DNA of 11,085 bases, from positions 1 to 11,085 of the forward strand of contig NW_021827139.1 of the NCBI RefSeq assembly GCF_006345805.1, written 5' to 3'. Of this stretch, positions 1 through 7,564 are shown in pieces (position 1 is the first letter of the stretch; every line of letters starts with the position of its first letter). The notes below the pieces were generated by a model. That model saw only the letters and a program-made list of their open reading frames with translations. It did not search any database and was not told where the DNA came from. Origin of the DNA: Octopus sinensis. Its lineage: Eukaryota. A program made the position numbers and the translations under genes.

Positions 1-1020
1 TCTATAAATGACGAGAATAGGGAAAACTTGTGAGTGACCGGAGAGGAAGTGTTAAAATACTAATTATTCCGGAAGAGCAGAGGATTCTGTAGTTGTGTAA
101 AGAATAGCCAGAGGGATTGCGCAATTCGTCAGTGTGTTAGAGATTATAGGTTGCTGTTTAGTGAATCTTTGCCAATCAGATTTTTCTTGTGGATAAAATC
201 TCTCTATATATAAACGACAAAATGTCTGTCTGTGTGTGTGTCCTTTATACAAATCCACAATTTTTCAGTTAGAGAGCTTGCACTTTCTATGGTCATTCAA
301 AACTGTGTCCAAGGGTGGTCGTACACATCTTTACATTTCCCCAGTCACCCCACAAAGTCATTAAAATATCAATGGAAGTGACTTTTTTGTGAATTTTCTA
401 TCCAAAACCCAGTCAAAATGCCCGAAACTTGATACGCCAATTGAATGCCAGCTAGCTGTATGTGATTGGTCGGAGATTTGGACAGCACTCGCGTGTATGT
501 GCGCACGCACGCAGCTGTATATGCATGCACTAGCACTATGACCCGGCGTTGATGGGTCATAGTGCTAGTCTAGAATATTTCTGTATATAAGTGAATCATT
601 CTCCAATTTCTAATAAAGTTTTTATTTCATCATTGTAGAAACTTAGATTACATCGGAGGATCTTTTTTTTCTTTTTTTTTTTTTTTGCCCTTTACTTTGC
701 TGTTTTGTCGGGAAATATCTTGGGAATGTGAGACAGCATTTTTGTGAGTATGAGAGCTTTTGTCTCTTGTTAAATAGAAGACTGTCTTCTTGAGGAGAAC
801 AATGACTTTTTATTTTTGTGTTGCTAAAGAATATTAGATTTTTGTGTCTTAATCAGAGAACGTTTTCGAGGTCTTCGTTTGGGGAGGCAGGGCAGGTTTC
901 ACAGACATTGATGAACTTATACTTGAAAGGATCAAATTTGTTGAAGGTTAAGAAATTGAGACATATCATCAGTACAGAAGCGAATAAGGTTAGTGGTGAC
1001 AGCACGTGTGCTCTTAAGTA
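1..1020 (-). mobile_element. Degraded non-LTR retrotransposon (CR1/L2 group) ORF2 relic: RT domain plus C-terminal region, interrupted by a Helitron at 199-568
   Basis: Manual minus-strand translation with stops and frameshifts. About 1010-960 gives VLSP(L)TLF / LY-DDMS (cf. RT 'VLSPTLFLLYINDL'). About 880-805 gives PNEDLENVL*LRHKNLIFFSNTK (cf. 'LNSDL..I..WG..NLV.FNASKT'). Across the Helitron site it reads ILDFIHKKNLIGKDSLNSNL*SLTH*RIA, then NYRILCSSGIISIL (cf. 'LLDRIQKKAIRLIG..SL..LQSL.HRR'). Motif order is colinear. Consensus motifs are recalled, not aligned. Confidence 0.55.
199..568 (+). mobile_element. Non-autonomous Helitron (~370 bp)
   Basis: 5' end A|TCTCTCTATATATAAA followed by (GTCT)/(GT) microsatellite. 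3' end has a perfect 16-bp hairpin (529-544 / 554-569) ending CTAG|T. Inserted between A198 and T569 with no TSD. These are canonical Helitron hallmarks. Confidence 0.78.
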
Positions 1021-1039
1021 CAAAAAGAAGTGAATTATT

Positions 1040-1335
1040 CAAATCCCAACCGTAATCCTATCACTTTCTCAAGCTCTAAAACTGATCTTGTCACCATTCT
1101 CGATGTGTCTCCAAAAGATAAGCTAATTATAAAACTAGAAATTGTATTTGTTACGTTAAACTGAAATTTAACTTAAGTATTACTTACACATAAATCTTAA
1201 ATATGCATATGGCATAAAAACCTAGTTTAAACCTAACTTTTGACCTAACTCCTACTTTCAGTAAAACTAAGCTAATAATGCAATACTGTACCTAACCTTA
1301 ATCTAAACTTAATGCTTGAGGTACCCTAATCCTAT
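1040..1335 (+). repeat. Scattered degenerate (CCTAAC/CCCTAA)-like motifs in AT-rich DNA
   Basis: aatcccaaccgtaatcct (~1043-1060), aaacctaacttttgacctaact (~1229-1250), acctaaccttaatctaaac (~1290-1308), accctaatcct (~1323-1333). Not a clean array. Confidence 0.3.
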
Positions 1336-1469
1336 TTCTTACATCACAAACGAAGTTTGTCGCCATATTAAATATGTCAATTTTTTACGTATGATTCAAA
1401 ATTAGCCATGCAAGTCGTATTTCCATTCAATCATTACATTCAACATATGAATTTAGATATAACTTTCTT

Positions 1470-1590
1470 TTATTCCTTTTAATAGTTTTAGTCATTGGGT
1501 TGCAGCTACACTAGGGCAAAGCTCTGGTGTGTTTAGTCGAACATGTCGACCCCAGAACTTATATTTTTTAATCAGGCACATATTTTATGT
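1470..1590 (-). mobile_element. Old, diverged SINE-A 3' fragment
   Basis: agtcattgggttgcagc...tttagtcgaacatgtcgaccccagaactt aligns by eye to 4060-4135 (ggtcatgtgactgcggcc...tttagtcgagcaaatcgatcccaggactt). Confidence 0.65.
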
Positions 1591-1715
1591 CTGTGAAAAG
1601 TTCTCCTTCGCATTACAGAGATAGTGCATTCCTAAATATCTTGTTCTGGCGTGGACGTCTGTATTACAAAGTTTATTTTCTCATGACTTCCCTGTTATAA
1701 ATTTACAATGCTTTC

Positions 1716-1815
1716 AGTGTCGGTGTGTTTACGTCCCCCGTAATTAGCTGTTCGGGAAAAGAGGCTTGAAAAAAAAAAGTAATGTGGTTGATTCATTTGA
1801 TTAAAAAATTTTTCA
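1716..1815 (+). mobile_element. Old, diverged SINE-A internal/3' fragment
   Basis: ggtgtgtttacgtcccccgtaattagctgttcgggaaaagag closely matches 6536-6580 (ggtgtgtttatgtccccgtaacttagcggtttggcataagaa). Confidence 0.7.
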
Positions 1816-1817
1816 AA

Positions 1818-2015
1818 AAACAACACAGCACCCATGACTTTCTGAATCATTTTTAGACGCCCATTATTGCTGAAGCATGGAATAAACTACCCGCATCAGT
1901 TGTTAGCTGTCGAGACACTACTTCAAAATCCATACTTCCTGAAATCCGCCAACAGTACATCTAAAGGCCTTTTTTTTAATTTTTAGTTGTAGTGCACCTG
2001 AGCCCTATATACAAC
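1818..2015 (+). mobile_element. CR1-type LINE extreme 3' fragment (ORF2 C-terminus plus 3' UTR remnant)
   Basis: Frame 1821-1964 reads QHSTHDFLNHF*TPIIAEAWNKLPASVVSCRDTTSKSILPEIRQQYI*, homologous to the C-terminus at 8367-8500 (QHSSHDFRKHFFTLRVAEVWNKLP...EIRQHYT). 'WNKLP..VV' is typical of CR1 ORF2 C-termini. Confidence 0.8.
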
Positions 2016-2355
2016 ACTTTCCTTCATATGTACTTATATAATATATTTCTTCAATGCAAAAGATACATTTAAATCGTAGTTAACGTTCTTGCATTTATTA
2101 TAATAAGATTCGTAGAATTACATTAGATTCTTTCTTAAACACTTATTTTCTAAAGGACATATGTGGCTTTTTCTGAAATTACAAAGGCGTTTATTAGTTT
2201 CTCAGTAGCACTTATGGTTAAGTGAATTACCTCTACCTCTATTCACAGATAATGTTAAAACATTATCATTAGCACTATTATAATCAATATTAATACTCGA
2301 TGTTTAATCTTAGAGGTATTATTCATATTATGGTTGGAATTACTTTCGCCTAAAG

Positions 2356-2663
2356 CGATGGTTTTCAACCAGCGTCGATATAAGATTTTGTGGGGGTCCA
2401 CACAACAAAAGAATCCCGGAAAATATTTTTTTCTTTAGAGCTATGTATTGATATGTATTACAAGAAACAATTAAGTTTTCAACTGAAATATTTTACATAG
2501 TTCAACCTACGCAAGTTAATATGTGACAAGCAAAATAAGAATCTTGAAAAAAGTTTTTATAGAACTAATTTTAAAACATAGAATGGCTTTGGGGGTCCAC
2601 CAGAATAAAATAATATTTCAAAGGGGTCCATAAATTTTTTTCAAAAATGGTTAAGGACCCCTG
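2356..2663. mobile_element. hAT-superfamily MITE (308 bp)
   Basis: Imperfect 15-bp TIRs: cgatggttttcaacc (2356-2370) and ggttaaggacccctg (2649-2663; rc caggggtccttaacc), both close to hAT-like CAGGGGTTCTCAACC. Flanking 8-mers gcctaaag (2348-2355) and acctcaag (2664-2671) match 6/8. Three internal GGGGTCCA motifs (~2393, ~2592, ~2623). No ORF. Confidence 0.72.
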
Positions 2664-3049
2664 ACCTCAAGTCTTAAATACAGGATGAGCTACTTCCACT
2701 AAACTTGACATTTAAATCATTATTTTATGTATACATAGAGTCGCGTTTGCTACTAATAATATTATTATTGTCAATAAAATAAAATAAATCAGTAAAAACC
2801 AAATAGGTACAGTAGATATATAAAAATTAACCTAGTGATTTAAACTTGTTAAGAATAATAAGAAAAATTTTTAAGCGTTTACACGCTAATTAATGTCAAG
2901 AGAGATTGTAGGATTATAATAAATTATGATGTGATAAATTAAGTAGGGTGGAGGATGAAATCATTAAAAAGATATCCCAATGCTACAAGTAAAATAAAAT
3001 AAGTAATTACATTAAATACTACAAATGGTAGATAAATCATCAGTCTCTA

Positions 3050-3230
3050 GCTAAAACATGGCTAGGCTGATGGCTCGTGTTGGTCGGCCACATGCCGCAT
3101 GGTTGACAGCGGATAAGGAAATAATTCACGAAGATGAGAACTGACTGGACACTGCTCGAAGGGTTTCCCCCGGGAAGATAGGAACAGACACGGACAAATG
3201 GGGAGCGCATCAACGCGTTGCAACCTGACT
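3050..3230 (+). mobile_element. Possible RTE-clade LINE ORF C-terminal relic (GC-rich island)
   Basis: Frameshifted plus-strand pieces VGHM (3083-3094), RMVDS (3096-3110), TKMRTDWTLLEGFPPGR* (3128-3181) and TRT-W (~3188-3201) resemble the RTE C-terminal pattern 'WAGHVARM.D.RWTK..TEW.P..GKRP.GRP.TRW'. A microsatellite follows. Confidence 0.38.
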
Positions 3231-3294
3231 TGACCTTCACTTCGAGATGCCTTGATCCTTTATGGATTCCTTGTAATCAAAACTAGATATATAG

Positions 3295-3370
3295 AAAGAG
3301 AGAAATAGGGAGGGAGAGAAAGAGACAGACAGACAGACAGACAGAGGGACATACAGATACATATATATAT

Positions 3371-3416
<46 letters not shown>

Positions 3417-3428
3417 TTATGCACACAC

Positions 3429-3460
<32 letters not shown>

Positions 3461-3652
3461 GCATACATACATACATGCGTACATACATACATAATATACA
3501 TATATATGCATACACACATACTCACACACACACATATATATACATAGATAGATAGATGCATACATACATACATACGTACATACATACATAATATACATAT
3601 ATATGCATACACACATACTCACACACACACATATATATACATACACACAAAC

Positions 3653-3728
<76 letters not shown>

Positions 3729-3785
3729 ATAAATAGATACATACATTCATACATACATACATACATACATACATACATACATACA
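3295..3785. repeat. Compound microsatellite: (GACA)n, (TA)n, (GATA)n, (CATA)n, (CA)n
   Basis: Direct reading: (GACA) ~3323-3344, (TA) ~3360-3411, (GATA) 3429-3460 and ~3654-3727, (CATA) ~3738-3785. Confidence 0.97.
3447..3642 (+). repeat. 97-bp tandem duplication inside the compound microsatellite
   Basis: The unit ...gatgcatacatacatacat(g/a)cgtacatacatacataatatacatatatatgcatacacacatactcacacacacacatatatatac occurs twice (anchor G at 3461 and 3558), with one substitution seen. Confidence 0.9.
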
Positions 3786-4042
3786 TGTTGGTTCAGGAAT
3801 GTACACATATAACAGATACCCACAGAAATAAACACACAAGTGTGCGACTTTGTTCTGTGTGAATGGAATGTGTGTATGTGCGCGCGCTTGCGTGTGTGTC
3901 CGTGTTTCTGTGTTTGTGTGTGTCGCACTGAGAGTTTTAATGAAATAGACGAAAAGAAAGAGATGCAAAATATGTGAGGCATGGAGCGAAAGCAAAAGGT
4001 CAGAGATGCGACGATGGAAGAGGGAATATCTATTTCGTAATG

Positions 4043-4458
4043 TTACTCTTTTACTCTTTTACTTGTTTCGGTCATGTGACTGCGGCCATGCTAGAGCACC
4101 ACCTTTAGTCGAGCAAATCGATCCCAGGACTTATTCTTTGTAAGCCCAGTACTTATTCTATTGGTCTCTTTTGCCGAACCGCTAAGTTACGGAGACGTAA
4201 ACACACCAGCATCGGTTGTCAAGCGATGTTGGGGGGACAAACACAGACACACAAACATATACACAAACATATATATATATATATACATATATGCGATGGG
4301 CTTCTTTCAGTTTCCGTCTACCAAATCCACTCACAAGGCTTTGGTTGGCCTGGGGCTATAGTAGAAGACACTTGCCCTACGGTGCCACGCAGTGGGACTG
4401 AACCCGGAACCATGTGGTTGATAAGCAAGCTACTTACCACACAGCCATTCCAACGCCT
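4043..4458 (-). mobile_element. Full-length tRNA-derived SINE ('SINE-A'; resembles octopus SINEs)
   Basis: Minus strand: Pol III A box TGGCTGTGTGG (4447-4437) and B box GGTTCAGTCCC (4404-4394), body, central (TA)/(TG) microsatellite (~4240-4292), 3' module and (AAGAGTAA)n tail (4043-4062). Other copies occur in this window. No clear TSD. Confidence 0.92.
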
Positions 4459-4535
4459 ATTAGTGAATCCTTACCATTATATCATTCCTTTCTTAATACG
4501 CTATTTTCTCTCCTTGTCCCCTATTGTATATCACT

Positions 4536-4539
<4 letters not shown>

Positions 4540-4608
<69 letters not shown>
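4540..4608. repeat. (CA)n followed by (CT)n microsatellite
   Basis: Direct reading: (AC) 4541-4578, (TC) 4579-4608. Confidence 0.98.
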
Positions 4609-4609
<1 letters not shown>

Positions 4610-5429
4610 TTCACTTTCAGTGCGTCTGTCTCCGTCCTGTATGTATGCGACGCGCACAAGTCTGCACTTCTAAGTATTTATGCATTCTTGTGAGTTTGCA
4701 TGTTTTTGAACGTGTGTGGTATCTTTGTTTGTGTCCATGTATTTACGAGTATTTATACGTGTGTGTGTATATATATATTTATGTATGTGCTTTTTGTCTT
4801 TGTGGTTGCGTTTCCACGTACGTGCGTATGCGTGTGAGTGGTAGTACCTCTCAGCCAATAAGCATATTAGAAGACTATTCCCTCTACACGGGGAAGTATG
4901 TAGTTTGCCGTCAAACGTGACCCAACTAAAATAAAACGAAAAAAAAATGTCATTTTCTCTTACAATCAAGTACAAATTTGGATAAGACGGGTGGCAGAAG
5001 AGGAGACGATATGCAAGAGTATGCAAGACATAACAACAACATCAACAACAACAACAGCATATGTATACAACGCCCCACCCTGAAGCTAGCTGGCAAGTGG
5101 CGAATAAAGGAGACTTAAGACCTTTGTGCTTGTATGCAATTAATCGTTCCATTGTTTTAGCAAACTGTCAAGACTGTGTATGTGTATGCGTTTGCGTTGA
5201 TATACATGTTTATTTTTTATATATATATAGATATATAAAAGAATACTTATATAAACAATTATATATGTAATTCTAGGAAAACAAACCCTGGCAGTGGTGT
5301 GAGACACCGGAATTTTAATTAATTACAATTGAATTAAATATGGAATGCAGTGGGCAGTGAGAAATGATCTTTTAGGGTCAAAATACCAGTCAGTTACTAT
5401 TGCAGAGAATATGAATTGTTTTATTCTGT

Positions 5430-5940
5430 TATTTATTATACTTTTCGCTCATTGGATTGCGATCAAGCTGGAGCTTTGCCTCCAGATGTTTACTCGAACA
5501 AATCGACCCTTTCCCACCCATTCTTTGGCAGAGCCTCCAGGTTGTGAGGACGTAAGCAAACCAGTACCGGGTTTCATTCAGTGAGAAGGCGGTGAGCTGG
5601 CAGAAACGTTAGCACGCCGGGCGAAATGCTTGGCAGTATTTCGTCTGACGTTACGTTCTGAGTTCAATTTCCGCCGAGGTCGACTTTACCTTTCATCCTT
5701 TCGGGATCGATTAAATAAGTACCAGTTACACACTGGGGTCGATGTAATCGACTTAATCCGTGTGTCTGTCCTTGTTTGTCCTCTCTGTGTTTACCCTTGT
5801 GGGTAGTAAAGAAATAGGTTTTCATTCAGTGAGGGGACAAACTCAAACGCAAAGACACATACATATACATGTGTTTTTTTAAATATGTAAGTGTGTGCTT
5901 GTGCTTGTGTATGTCAGTATGGGCCGATGTTTGGGCGTGC

Positions 5941-5971
<31 letters not shown>

Positions 5972-6115
5972 CGTGTGAGTGTGCGTACGTGCGTGTGTGT
6001 GTACGAGGGGTTTCACTGTTTCCGTCTACCAAATTCATTGATCGACCCGGAGCCAGAGTGAAAGACGTTTGCCCAAGGTACCACTACACACCAGAACTGA
6101 ACCAGAAACCCTTGA
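5430..6115 (-). mobile_element. Old diverged SINE-A copy, split by the SINE-B insertion
   Basis: Left part: tcattggattgc (5449-5460), tcgaacaaatcgaccc (~5494-5509), ggacgtaagcaaaccag (~5548-5564). Right part: gggacaaac (~5834-5842), central microsatellite, gtttccgtctaccaaat (~6018-6034), ttgcccaaggt (~6069-6079), actgaaccagaaacc (~6096-6110). All colinear with 4043-4458. Confidence 0.75.
5586..5819 (+). mobile_element. Full-length tRNA-derived SINE of a second family ('SINE-B') with 14-bp TSD
   Basis: A-box-like TGGCAGAAACG (5598-5608), B-box-like GAGTTCAATTT (5660-5670), central ...gtcgactttacctttcatcctttcgggatcgattaaataagtaccag. Perfect flanking direct repeat tttcattcagtgag at 5572-5585 and 5820-5833. 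Confidence 0.92.
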
Positions 6116-6387
6116 TTCCGGAACGAAATGAGCATACAACATCAATTACAGAGCAAACTTATCAACATTCCCAGTATCCTGTTTGTTGTGTTCTATTCTC
6201 CAATTGGTTTGCATAGGTAAGAAGACCCACAGCAACCTCACTTCATTGTCTTCCAGCCCGATATTTCTGTTCTCAGAAAACGGTCATAGCTTTTTTCTGT
6301 ACAAGCAAAACAACCTCTTGCATAAATTTCATGGAATTATTACAACAAATTTATCATGTCTGCCTTTTTTGTACTCCGTTTGAACTA

Positions 6388-6443
6388 GCCGACCACAGCC
6401 TTGTGAGTGGATGTGGTAGACGGAAACTGAAAGAAGCTCGTCG

Positions 6444-6488
<45 letters not shown>

Positions 6489-6695
6489 CATGTGTGTGTG
6501 TGTGTATGTCCCAGCATCGCTTGACATCGATGCTGGTGTGTTTATGTCCCCGTAACTTAGCGGTTTGGCATAAGAAACCGATAGAATAAGTACTAGGCTT
6601 ACAAAGAATAATCCTGGGGTCGATTTGCTCGACTAAATGCGGTGCTCCAGCATGGCCGCAGTCAAAATGACTGAAACGAATAAACGAATAAAAGA
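6388..6695 (+). mobile_element. 5'-truncated SINE-A copy (lacks tRNA head)
   Basis: gccttgtgagtggatgtggtagacggaaactgaaagaagc, central (TA)/(TG), and the 3' module through gcatggccgcagtcaaaatgactgaaac all closely match the reverse complement of 4043-4350. Confidence 0.92.
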
Positions 6696-7100
6696 ATACA
6701 TACAAACATACATACATACATACATACATAATACATACATACACACATACATACATACATACATACATACACACATACATACATACATACATACATTCAT
6801 ACATACATACATACATACATACATAAATACATACATACATACATACATACACACATACATACATACATACATACATACATTCATACATACATAGATACAT
6901 ATACATACACTCATACATACATACATACATACATACATACATGCATTCATACATACATACATACATACATACTAACATACATACACACATACATACATAC
7001 ATACACTCATACATACATACATACATACATACATACATACATACATACATACATTCATACATACATACATACATACATACATACATACATACATACATAC
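6696..7100. repeat. ~400-bp (CATA)n array with variant units, starting at the SINE-A tail
   Basis: Direct reading. Variant units include CACA, CATT, CACT, AAAT and GATA. Confidence 0.98.
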
Positions 7101-7135
7101 AACAAGTTTATCCCGTGTCGTTCGAGTGGTATGAG

Positions 7136-7410
7136 ATCTTGCTGCCGAAGGGCTCGCTTTCTGTTAAACAAACCCGGTTATGGCATACGTCCAGTCCAGC
7201 TGTTCGGAATACAGACTAGCACGATGATTCGACCGTCTGGAACGAAATCATAGTGAATTATCCTCTCATAATTCCACCAGACTTAGAGCATCACCTTGTG
7301 TTCGAAATGCCCATGTTTGGCGACAGGTTCCGGAAGCTCATTCTTCCTGACACCACGGCTTATGCGCCGCATTAGAATTGTGGGAAAATATCTAAGATTA
7401 TCACTTGTTT
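7136..7410 (-). pseudogene. Mariner (Tc1/mariner) transposase catalytic-domain relic
   Basis: Minus strand: VRKNELPEPVAKHGHFEHKVML*VWWNYERIIHYDFVPDGRII, frameshift, ASLYSEQLDWTYA, then PGLFNRKRALRQQD. This matches mariner 'KKVML.VWW...GII.Y..L..G.TIN...Y..QL..L...RP...NR...L.HDN'. In-frame stop at 7285-7283. The upstream part (7410-7350) is only weakly similar to 'TGDEKWI..DN'. No TIRs found. Confidence 0.85.
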
Positions 7411-7452
7411 TGCCATAGATAAAATTTGCTTAAACATCTGCGCTCGCAACGC

Positions 7453-7454
<2 letters not shown>

Positions 7455-7496
<42 letters not shown>
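7455..7496. repeat. (CA)n microsatellite
   Basis: Direct reading. Confidence 0.98.
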
Positions 7497-7498
<2 letters not shown>

Positions 7499-7535
7499 AT
7501 CCTAAATCAAGTAAAATCATATGAAATAGGATGAA

Positions 7536-7564
7536 GATGTGACTCTGCCCGGAAGAGTCACATC
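7536..7564. other. Perfect 11-bp inverted repeat (stem-loop) of unknown origin
   Basis: gatgtgactct (7536-7546), loop gcccgga, agagtcacatc (7554-7564). Confidence 0.85.

Noticed and set aside
818-1033. 71-aa plus-strand ORF
   Set aside because: Starts at a non-ATG codon, lies antisense to the degraded LINE RT relic, and has no recognisable domain.
3058-3276. Plus frame where three consecutive stops are all TGA (possible recoding or genetic code 4)
   Set aside because: TGA is the favoured stop in GC-richer DNA; no SECIS or mitochondrial context; better explained as a decayed TE.
3260-3995. Long minus-strand ORFs (240, 80, 74, 82 aa)
   Set aside because: Translations of (TA)/(GATA)/(CATA) microsatellites (YLSI, MYVC repeats); these motifs lack stop codons in some frames.
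4380-4458. tRNA-like sequence with A and B boxes
   Set aside because: It is the SINE head, continuous with the SINE body; I could not build a full cloverleaf, so it is not called a tRNA gene.
4161-4920. Overlapping plus-strand ORFs (61-168 aa)
   Set aside because: Antisense readings of SINE-A plus (CA)/(CT) repeats.
4968-5090. 'QVQIW' peptide reminiscent of homeodomain helix 3
   Set aside because: Continues IRRV rather than FQNRR, with no other homeodomain residues.
6385-7219. ORFs of 237, 109, 85 and 92 aa (MYVC/HTYI repeats)
   Set aside because: Read through the (CATA)n array and SINE-A; not genes.
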